A stretch of DNA of 40,476 nucleotides, from the IMG/VR virus record IMGVR_UViG_3300016471_000324, positions 1 through 40,476 of that record; one strand, written 5' to 3'. The notes beneath the pieces were generated by a model that did not search any database, had not been told where the DNA came from, and worked only from the letters and a program-made list of their open reading frames with translations. This stretch comes from a virus (lineage: Duplodnaviria > Caudoviricetes). A program made the position numbers and the translations under genes. Below are positions 9,707-16,993 of this stretch, piece after piece. Numbering within the stretch: the stretch's first letter is position 1; each line of letters begins with the position of its first letter.

Positions 9707-12127
9707 ATGGCGGTCGAACTTACCGCAACGGACTATTCGGGTGTCGGCACCGGCTCGTCTGCGACCTACGCCACGGGCATTTATGCCAACGCCTCGGATC
9801 AGATCAAAGTCTTTGTGGCGGGAGTGCTACAGACGCTTGGCGACGAGTATTCGATCGACGGGCTCGGCGCGGAAACCGGCGTCGACGTCATCGGCGATTT
9901 CGCGGCAGGGGCTCCCGTCTACGTCGAGCGCGTTACCCCCGTGACGCAGCTTGTGGACACGCAGAACAACGAGACGATCCTCGAAGACGTGCTCGACGGC
10001 GCGCTCGACAAGCTCACGCTGATCGCGCAAGAGATCGACGGCAAAGCGCGTCGCGCGCTGTCGTTCCCCCGAGGGGAGGCCGGAGCGACGATCCCCGCAG
10101 CGGCGGAACGCGCGAATCGCTTTTTGGCTTTTGATATCGACGGCAATCTGGTGCTCTCTTCAGGGCCAGGAGCGGACGGCGGGCTACGAACCGATCTCGG
10201 GGAAGACAGCGGCGCGACGCTCGTCGGCTCCGACGACGGAGCAGGCGGTTCGCTCTGGAACTCGATAGCAGGATTCGTGGCCTTCCTGCGTGCCAACCTC
10301 GGGGCCTCGGTGATCGGCTTCATTCAAGCAGGTGTCGGCGCGGTGGCGGAAACTCTGCTCGCGGCGGTGCGCCGAGAGGTGTGGGCCGATCAGTTCCGTA
10401 TGCCAGCCGACGTCGGTCACGGGCCGAGTATCACTCGCGCCGTCACCGCCCTTCTGGCGGCGAGCGGAGGCGGCGTGGTGCGGCTTTCCCGTCGCCCCTA
10501 CACCCTCGCCGCGCCGATCACCTTCACCGGCCTCAACAACGTCCGTCTCGTCGGCGCGGGCAAGTCGAACGACGGCACGATGCTCCGGGAGAGTTTCGCC
10601 AACGGGAGCGGCATTACCTTTTCGGGTTGCCAGTCCTGCGAGATCAGCGACGTCTATTTCTGGCCGACCGTGAGGAAAACGGGCGGGTTTTCGGTGCGTA
10701 TCACCGGGTCGTCGTTCTCGTGTGCGGCCGATATCCGCAGCGATTTCGGCTGGAACGCGCTGGATATCGAAGGCGCGAGCGAAACGCGCTACAAATTGAC
10801 CAGCCGCTATCTGCTCGGCACCAACGGCGCGCGCTACGCGGGCACGTCGGGTAGCCGATCTTTCCGCGCGATCTGCGAGGACCAGATCAGCGATAACCCT
10901 TACCCGATCGCCCCGACGCCTTCGAGTATCAAGACTTTTTCGCCCGGCATGACGCTCGCGGCGGGTGATATCTTTCTTGCCAACGGTGCCATCTGGCAGT
11001 GCACGGTGGGCGGAACCGCAGGGGCTTCCGCCCCCTCGGGCTACCCCGCAGGAACCACACCGGAGAGCGTCTTCTTCACCGACGTGGCGAACGGAACCGC
11101 AACGCTCCGTTGGATAGCGAACGCGGGGCTCACCCACATCGCCATGGACAGTTGGGCCTATTCGTTTGTGATCCGCTCCGCGGCCGTTCTCAACGGAGGG
11201 CGGCCGTTTGCCATGCTCGACAACGCCAACACCGGCACCAGCTACCCGGTTTGGGTCGATGTTCAAAACCTCGAATGTGACCACGGCTTCTCCGTAGGCG
11301 TTGATCTGTCGGGCGGGGAGGGCTTCTACGGCCACGGCTTCTTGTGGGTAGGGTCGACGCTGGCCGGGAATGGCATCTTGATCGGCCCCAACTACCGCGG
11401 CGACGTCTCGCTCGGGCCGGGCACGCGCGTCTACGGCAACGCGCAGCACGGCATACTGCGGCAGGCTGGACCCGTGGACGTTCGTTTCGTCGGGGTCGAA
11501 TGCTGCGATAACGGCGTGTCCGCGCCCGCCACCTTCCACGGCCTGCAAATCGCGAGCGGTTCTGTCGGAACTCAAATCGTCGGCGGCAATTATGGCGACA
11601 GCCCTTCGATCGGGGGGAACGCGCAAGCGTTTGGTATCTCGATCGGCTTGAATTGCGATCAAACCCGCATTGTCGGGCCGAACCTCCGCGGCAATTCCAC
11701 CGGCCCCATCAGCATAGGCGCGACACAGGTCGGTTTGACCTACGACAGCGCAACCTACATTCCCTTTCGCACAATTGGCACGATCGGGCCTGCCGCCACC
11801 GGCTTCCTCGCAGAGTTCGGCAACACTCCGACCGAGGGGGATGCAATGTGGCGGGCACCGCGCAATGGCAGAATTGTCGGTTTTTACGCCGCGACAACGG
11901 TCGCGGCCGGCGCGGGTCAGACCTTCACCTACACCGTTCGCCGCAACAATGCGAACACCACTCTGACGGGAGTTTCGACCGGAGCGGCAAGTTTTAACAC
12001 CGATGTTTGGTGCGGGTCGAGCCCTATTGCTCTCGCCAAGGGCGACACCTTCGCCATGCAGATCGCGACGTCGGCGACGGCCGGAGCCGCACGACACAAC
12101 GGCGCTTTGATTTTTGTGCCTGACTAA
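9707..12127 (+). CDS. Tail fibre/tailspike with T7 gp17-like N-terminal anchor and probable beta-helix depolymerase
   Basis: N-terminal ERVTP...LDKLTLIAQEI anchor; GGGVVRL...Y...ITF...NVRLVGAG beta-helix entry; Gly/Asn/Ser-rich rungs. Confidence 0.8.
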   Translation: MAVELTATDYSGVGTGSSATYATGIYANASDQIKVFVAGVLQTLGDEYSIDGLGAETGVDVIGDFAAGAPVYVERVTPVTQLVDTQNNETILEDVLDGALDKLTLIAQEIDGKARRALSFPRGEAGATIPAAAERANRFLAFDIDGNLVLSSGPGADGGLRTDLGEDSGATLVGSDDGAGGSLWNSIAGFVAFLRANLGASVIGFIQAGVGAVAETLLAAVRREVWADQFRMPADVGHGPSITRAVTALLAASGGGVVRLSRRPYTLAAPITFTGLNNVRLVGAGKSNDGTMLRESFANGSGITFSGCQSCEISDVYFWPTVRKTGGFSVRITGSSFSCAADIRSDFGWNALDIEGASETRYKLTSRYLLGTNGARYAGTSGSRSFRAICEDQISDNPYPIAPTPSSIKTFSPGMTLAAGDIFLANGAIWQCTVGGTAGASAPSGYPAGTTPESVFFTDVANGTATLRWIANAGLTHIAMDSWAYSFVIRSAAVLNGGRPFAMLDNANTGTSYPVWVDVQNLECDHGFSVGVDLSGGEGFYGHGFLWVGSTLAGNGILIGPNYRGDVSLGPGTRVYGNAQHGILRQAGPVDVRFVGVECCDNGVSAPATFHGLQIASGSVGTQIVGGNYGDSPSIGGNAQAFGISIGLNCDQTRIVGPNLRGNSTGPISIGATQVGLTYDSATYIPFRTIGTIGPAATGFLAEFGNTPTEGDAMWRAPRNGRIVGFYAATTVAAGAGQTFTYTVRRNNANTTLTGVSTGAASFNTDVWCGSSPIALAKGDTFAMQIATSATAGAARHNGALIFVPD

Positions 12128-12141
12128 CCTAGGAGCCCATC

Positions 12142-12621
12142 GTGTATAAGCTCGGAGCCAAATCTCTCGCCAACCTCAACGGCGTGCATCCGGTTCTCGT
12201 GGCGGTCGTCACCCGCGCCATCGAGATCACCAAGCAGGATTTCAGCGTGCACGACGGCCTGCGCACCCTGGCCGAACAGCGTGCGCTTGTCGCGCGCAAG
12301 GCTTCGCGGACCATGAACTCGAAGCACCTGCCGCAAGCAGACGGCTTCGGCCACGCGGTCGACCTCGTGCCCTTCATCAACGGGCAACTCCGTTGGGAGT
12401 GGGAGCCGATCTACGTCCTCGCCGCCGCGGTGCGACAGGCCGCCGAAGAGCAGGGCGTCGCCAGCCGCATCGTGTGGGGCGGGGTGTGGGATCGGTCGTT
12501 CGACCGCATCGCCGCAACGCCGACCGCCATGCGGCAGGCCGTCAACGCCTACGTCGACCGCCGCCGCGCCGCCGGGCGCAGCGCCTTTATCGACGGGCCG
12601 CATTTCCAACTCGGAGCCTAG
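12142..12621 (+). CDS. Endolysin, M15 family peptidase (L-Ala-D-Glu type)
   Basis: GVHP, GLRTLAEQ, SKH...GHAVD, WGG.W and DGPHFQL motifs; AGGAG RBS before GTG. Confidence 0.9.
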   Translation: MYKLGAKSLANLNGVHPVLVAVVTRAIEITKQDFSVHDGLRTLAEQRALVARKASRTMNSKHLPQADGFGHAVDLVPFINGQLRWEWEPIYVLAAAVRQAAEEQGVASRIVWGGVWDRSFDRIAATPTAMRQAVNAYVDRRRAAGRSAFIDGPHFQLGA

Positions 12622-12630
12622 GAGGCGACT

Positions 12631-12894
12631 ATGAAGCAGATCGTGCAACACTTCCGCGAGCACTTCCGTGAAATGCTCCAGTTCTGGAGCGTGCGCCTCG
12701 CCGCGCTGGCCGGGCTCGTCGTGGCGTATCTCATGTCCGACCCGACGCTTCTGCCGCGCCTCGTCGCCCTCGTGCCGGAACCGTGGCGTCCGGTGGCCGC
12801 AGTGCTGACGGGCTTCATCGCCTTCGCGCTGCCGACGATCGCCCGCGGCTTGCCGCAGCCCAAGCTCGACGCGCAGCGCGGAGCGCCGCAGTGA
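12631..12894 (+). CDS. Holin
   Basis: 87 aa with two hydrophobic segments (WSVRLAALAGLVVAYLM; VAAVLTGFIAFALPTIA); AGGAGG RBS; between endolysin and spanins. Confidence 0.75.
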   Translation: MKQIVQHFREHFREMLQFWSVRLAALAGLVVAYLMSDPTLLPRLVALVPEPWRPVAAVLTGFIAFALPTIARGLPQPKLDAQRGAPQ

Positions 12895-13283
12895 TCTACG
12901 CCCGCATCGCCGCGGGGCTCGGAGCGCTCCTGCTGATCGCGGGAGTGTTCTTCTACGGCCGCCACGTCGGCTACATGGAGTGCGAGAACGATCGCCTCAA
13001 AGCCGCTGCGGCCGCGCAGGAGAAGCGCGAAGAGCAGATCGGCCAGGCGCAGGCCAACGACGCCAAGGCGGCCGAAGCGGACGTGCAGCGTGAAACCATC
13101 GTGAGGGAGATCACCCGTGAAGTTCCGAGGATCATTGACCGCCCTGTGTATCGCAACGTCTGCGTTGATGCTGACGGGGTGCGCCTCATTGGGCGAGCGG
13201 TCGAAGCCGCTAACGGGGGAGCGCCCGCCCGCCGATCTGCTGGTGACGCCGCCGGAGTTCCAGAAGCCGCCGGTAGCCGTTGA
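12891..13283 (+). CDS. Inner-membrane spanin (Rz-like)
   Basis: GTG overlaps holin TGA; N-terminal TM helix, coiled coil, PVYRNVC motif. Confidence 0.75.
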   Translation: MIYARIAAGLGALLLIAGVFFYGRHVGYMECENDRLKAAAAAQEKREEQIGQAQANDAKAAEADVQRETIVREITREVPRIIDRPVYRNVCVDADGVRLIGRAVEAANGGAPARRSAGDAAGVPEAAGSR

Positions 13284-13434
13284 CCCCGCCACGGGCGAGG
13301 CGGTTCTCGAAGGACGCGACGCATTGCCTTGGGCGATCGACACGTTGAGCGTCGGCGGGGATATCCGCAGCCGTTACGTGCGTCTACAAGGGTGGGTGAA
13401 AACCCTTCTCGGCGACAAGCCCCCTGCGGACTAG
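13117..13434 (+). CDS. Outer-membrane lipoprotein spanin (Rz1-like), overlapping Rz
   Basis: Signal peptide with lipobox LTG-C; Pro-rich mature part; +1 frame overlap with Rz. Confidence 0.75.
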   Translation: MKFRGSLTALCIATSALMLTGCASLGERSKPLTGERPPADLLVTPPEFQKPPVAVDPATGEAVLEGRDALPWAIDTLSVGGDIRSRYVRLQGWVKTLLGDKPPAD

Positions 13435-13796
13435 AAACGATGGCCCTGTCGGAACCCCTGCTCGACATACGTATCCATGCGCATCCGACCGGCCTCGCGG
13501 TCCTCGGCGGCGAAGCGGTCGAGCATCCGGCACATTTCTTTGAAGGCCGAACTCGGCAGGCCCGCGGCCCCGCGCTTGCCGCGCCAAGCCATTGCGAGCG
13601 GAATCAAGACTTTCCCGCGAGCGGCACAACGGTTATGAAAGGCCAGCTTGTGCTCCGAGCAGCAGAACAGCCGCTTGGGGTTTGCAGCTTGGAAAGACTG
13701 ATTGCACTCCGCGCAGGTTCTCTCGACCGGCTTGAAGTGCCGAGAATAAGGGGCTGCGGGGCGCGTGGTGCTACAATCGGTGATAAGGCGGGTCAT
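13431..13796 (-). CDS. Hypothetical zinc-finger protein, inverted relative to lysis cassette
   Basis: 121 aa; CAEC...FCCSEH motif; AACGGAGA RBS. Confidence 0.7.
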   Translation of the reverse strand: MTRLITDCSTTRPAAPYSRHFKPVERTCAECNQSFQAANPKRLFCCSEHKLAFHNRCAARGKVLIPLAMAWRGKRGAAGLPSSAFKEMCRMLDRFAAEDREAGRMRMDTYVEQGFRQGHRF

Positions 13797-13810
13797 CGTG
13801 GCTCTCCGTT

Positions 13811-13833
13811 GCAAAAGCGCCCGAACGGGCGTT
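13811..13833 (-). terminator. Probable intrinsic terminator for leftward transcription
   Basis: Minus strand CGCCC-GTTC-GGGCG followed by CTTTT. Confidence 0.45.
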
Positions 13834-13856
13834 CTACAGCTTCGGTGTTACACGGT

Positions 13857-14171
13857 ATGAGCGAGCCCGACAAGAGCCTGCTCGAATTGCAGGTGTTGCA
13901 GCAGATCAGGGACAGCCTGACCTCGCTCAACAGCGACATGCGCGAGACGCGCGAGCGGGTGATCCGGCTGGAGGAACGCGATAGCCGCGTCTCTTCGCTG
14001 GAGAGCCTTGTCGCGACGCTCGACGCGCGCGTGGACGTTCTGCTGAAGGACAAGGACCGGCGCGAAGGAGCGATGACTTTCGGCCAAACGCTGCTGAAGC
14101 ACCTGCCTTCGATCAGCTTCGGCGGTATGCTCGCGGCTGCGGCCGCGTGGGCCGCCAAGGCCCTGCCCTAG
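13857..14171 (+). CDS. Coiled-coil protein with C-terminal hydrophobic segment (possibly lysis-associated)
   Basis: 104 aa from ATG 13857; heptad-rich RVIRLEERDSRVSSLE then hydrophobic tail. Confidence 0.65.
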   Translation: MSEPDKSLLELQVLQQIRDSLTSLNSDMRETRERVIRLEERDSRVSSLESLVATLDARVDVLLKDKDRREGAMTFGQTLLKHLPSISFGGMLAAAAAWAAKALP

Positions 14172-14632
14172 AACGGACAGTCGGCCGTCACGGCCGTGCG
14201 CGGGAACCACGGCGGCGGCTCGAAGAACGGCACGCCTTCCGGCTCCGGCGAGTAGACCGGAGGGGCCTCTTCGTAGCCGCGCTGCACCAGCAGCCAGAAG
14301 CGCCGCTCCGCGTTCGTCTGCGCCACCCGCTTGTTGCGCTCGGTGACGTTCTCGGCCAGCGTCTCGGGCTTCAGGTGCAGGACGCAAAGGGTGTTCGGCG
14401 CGCCTCCGGTATGCGGGCAGCAGTGGCCGACCGTCAGCCCTTCGACGTCGAGCCCGAGCAGGTGCACCGCGCTCCAGCGATGGGCGAAGTGGCGGCGGCC
14501 GCGATCCCAAAAGACGCCGTAGCGCGCAGAGTTGCCGCGCCCGGCCGACGTGCCGCCTTTCCAGACGACGCAGCCGGTGATCGGATCGAACTCGCACTTG
14601 GCGAGAAAGCGTTCGATCGCCGGGGCGCGCAT
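14168..14632 (-). CDS. HNH-type (His-Me finger) endonuclease
   Basis: ERFLAK...GCVVWKG...YGVF...AHRWS...VGHCC...LCVLHL...ENV pattern typical of phage HNH proteins. Confidence 0.75.
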   Translation of the reverse strand: MRAPAIERFLAKCEFDPITGCVVWKGGTSAGRGNSARYGVFWDRGRRHFAHRWSAVHLLGLDVEGLTVGHCCPHTGGAPNTLCVLHLKPETLAENVTERNKRVAQTNAERRFWLLVQRGYEEAPPVYSPEPEGVPFFEPPPWFPRTAVTADCPF

Positions 14633-14781
14633 CAGGACCGGGGCTCCCTGCGCGACAGCATACGTTCGACGGCCCGTGCTTCCGCGCGCGTCAGATAGGT
14701 CACAGGTATCCGCACTGTCTGCGCGAAAGGATCGGCCAAGCCGCGACGCACTTGCCGAAGAAGTTCGGATTCTTCTCGCAT
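14632..14781 (-). CDS. Hypothetical protein (49 aa)
   Basis: TGATG translational coupling at both ends; fills the gap exactly. Confidence 0.55.
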   Translation of the reverse strand: MREESELLRQVRRGLADPFAQTVRIPVTYLTRAEARAVERMLSRREPRS

Positions 14782-16670
14782 CAGAAGCTCGGCAGGGCCA
14801 CGTAGCGACGGCCGCCGAAGGCGACGAACTGCACCGCGCCGCTCTCGACGGCGAATTGCAGTGTCGGCTCCCACTTGCGCCGCACGTTGGATGGATCTTT
14901 GGAACCGCCGTAGCGGTCGCGGAACAGGCTCTTCACCACGTCGACGTCGACGCACTGGCGGCCCTCGATCTCTTCGGGCTCGTCGACCAGCGCCCATTCG
15001 ACGCACTGGATCAGCGTCTCGACGTGCTTCGGGGAGTTGGTGAGATCGCGCGCCGTGGGCGGGGCGTCGGAGACGTAGCAGGAGATCACGGCGCGGCCGC
15101 GGCTATCCCGGCCGAGTTCCTTCGGCACGAGGGTGAAGACGCCGAGCGAGCGCTGCTGCGCGTCGCGCGCCTTGGTGATCGACAGATCGCGGATCGCGTT
15201 CGTCTTCTCGCGGGTGATCTCCAGCACCACGTCGACGTCGTTGAAGATCGCGCCCGCGCCCCGCTGGCCTTTGCCGTCCTTCGGCGGGTGGTGCGTCACG
15301 AGCACGAAGGCGTTGAGCATTTCGGAGAGACGGGAGAGCGCCTTCATGGCGACGCCCGCCTCGCTGTTGTCGTTCTCGTCGCGCAGCAGGCCCGACGCGG
15401 ACAGGGTGTCGACGGCGATCATCCGAACCGGCAGGCCGAACTCCGCCTCCATCTCCGCCATCTTCTCGCGCAGATCGGCGGCCAGCGATTCGAGCGCGCC
15501 CGGCGCGGCCAGGTTGTTGATATCGCCGCTCACGATCGGGAGCCGCGCGTCTTCGCCAAGCGCCTCCATGCGCGCCAGAACGGAGCGGCGGCCTTCCCCG
15601 GTGAGCAGGATCGCCCCGCCTTGCTCGTCGGGCGTTATGCCGAAGAAGGGCTTGCCCGTCGCGAGGCATCGGGCAAGGTGCATGAGCACGAACGTCTTGC
15701 CGCCCTGCGAGGGGCCGGAGAGGACGCCAACCCCTGTCTGCGGCAGAAGCTCGTAGAACAGCCATGTGGCGTCGAGATTGAGGTAGTCCCCGTGCTGCTG
15801 CCAGCGACGATCTGTCTCGACGCGGACGTAGCGCGGGGCGATGGGCTCGACACCCGCGAGGTCGACGGCTGGCGACTGCCCTCCGGCCGACGAGAGCGCG
15901 TAGGCGAAGGCGTTCTCGACCTTCGTGCGCAGTTCCTCGATATCCCACGGCGGGGCGCAGCGGTCGTTCCAGTGCTCGGCCATGGCGTCGAGAACGCCTT
16001 CGGCCGAGAGCCCCATGTCCTTCACGATGCAGGCGACGCGGAACGTGCAGTCGTCACCGCCTTGCCCCTCGATCGCCAGCGGGGCTTCCTCGCGCAGATA
16101 CTTGACGGCCCGAGCGATAGCAAACTCGGTGTCGAGATCGGTGGCGGCAAGGACGGAGCCCCGCTCGCGCGGTTCGTCGAGGCGGGCGATCAGGTGCGCG
16201 GGCGCTGCGGCTGGCGGGGCGTCGTTGTCGATCGCATAGACCCCTGCCTCCAGCACAGAGCCGGGCGCGATGACGTAGCCGTGCGCGCTGCGGATATCGA
16301 GGCCCTGGCCGATCTTGCCGACCGACAAGCTCTTGCTCGGGCCGGAGAGGTAGGCGTGCAGGCCGCCCGTGGGGGTGCGCACCATGAGGGTGTCGAGAGG
16401 CAGATCGAGTTCGAGGTAGCTCGCGAGCCCGTTCTTCCCGTCTTTCATGTCGATATCGACGACGATCATGCCGTCCGTCGCCACACCTATGTTGTGGTCG
16501 AGCGGCCAGCCGGTGATAGGATCGGTCCACATCGCGGCGACCCGTTCCGGGTCTGCGGTCGCGACGTCGTAGAACTCTTTGACCTTGGGCAGCTTGCTCC
16601 GGGGCACAAGCGGGAACACCCGGAAGCCCCGCTCCGCCCAAGCTACTGCATGGTCCCTCATGGATTGCAC
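14781..16670 (-). CDS. Bifunctional primase-polymerase fused to RecA-like (AAA_25-type) helicase
   Basis: GFRVFPL, NIGVAT, VVDID, TPTGGLHAY and DIRSAHGYVIAPGS prim-pol motifs; Walker A GPSQGGKT, Walker B IAVDT, VTHH. Confidence 0.88.
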   Translation of the reverse strand: MQSMRDHAVAWAERGFRVFPLVPRSKLPKVKEFYDVATADPERVAAMWTDPITGWPLDHNIGVATDGMIVVDIDMKDGKNGLASYLELDLPLDTLMVRTPTGGLHAYLSGPSKSLSVGKIGQGLDIRSAHGYVIAPGSVLEAGVYAIDNDAPPAAAPAHLIARLDEPRERGSVLAATDLDTEFAIARAVKYLREEAPLAIEGQGGDDCTFRVACIVKDMGLSAEGVLDAMAEHWNDRCAPPWDIEELRTKVENAFAYALSSAGGQSPAVDLAGVEPIAPRYVRVETDRRWQQHGDYLNLDATWLFYELLPQTGVGVLSGPSQGGKTFVLMHLARCLATGKPFFGITPDEQGGAILLTGEGRRSVLARMEALGEDARLPIVSGDINNLAAPGALESLAADLREKMAEMEAEFGLPVRMIAVDTLSASGLLRDENDNSEAGVAMKALSRLSEMLNAFVLVTHHPPKDGKGQRGAGAIFNDVDVVLEITREKTNAIRDLSITKARDAQQRSLGVFTLVPKELGRDSRGRAVISCYVSDAPPTARDLTNSPKHVETLIQCVEWALVDEPEEIEGRQCVDVDVVKSLFRDRYGGSKDPSNVRRKWEPTLQFAVESGAVQFVAFGGRRYVALPSF

Positions 16671-16689
16671 GCCCCGCCCTCGATCTGCG

Positions 16690-16935
16690 TCAGATGCTCG
16701 TCAGAACGTAGGTGCCTTTGAGGCGACCCGGCTTGACGACCTGCCGGTGTTCGCGGAGCCGACGATTCAGCTTCGTGACGTAGGGGCCGAGATACTGCTG
16801 CGCGCGCCGGAGGGGAAGCTCTTCGTTCCCGACGACGTTGCGGTAGATTTCGAGGATTTCGACGTCGCCCTTGCCAGCGAGGAAGTCGTGCAGTTCCTTC
16901 AGCTTGGGCGGTAGTTCGAGGGGCTTCGTCGCCAT
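16690..16935 (-). CDS. Small putative winged-helix DNA-binding protein
   Basis: 81 aa; YVTKLNRRL...VVKPGRLKGTYVL resembles an OmpR-type wHTH end; own RBS and promoter. Confidence 0.55.
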   Translation of the reverse strand: MATKPLELPPKLKELHDFLAGKGDVEILEIYRNVVGNEELPLRRAQQYLGPYVTKLNRRLREHRQVVKPGRLKGTYVLTSI

Positions 16936-16960
16936 GGTGCTCTCCGTTACGGGCGAATAG

Positions 16961-16989
16961 GTTTAACGTGTTATAGTATAGAAAGGCAA
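16961..16989 (-). promoter_or_regulatory. Sigma70-like promoter overlapping TAACACGTTA palindrome
   Basis: TTGCCT-N17-TTAAAC in an AT-rich intergenic gap; palindrome at 16964-16973. Confidence 0.55.
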
Positions 16990-16993
16990 GAGC

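Noticed and set aside
9707-14171. Diversity-generating retroelement as in BPP-1-like phages
   Set aside because: No reverse transcriptase ORF and no TR/VR repeat pair seen near the tail fibre gene
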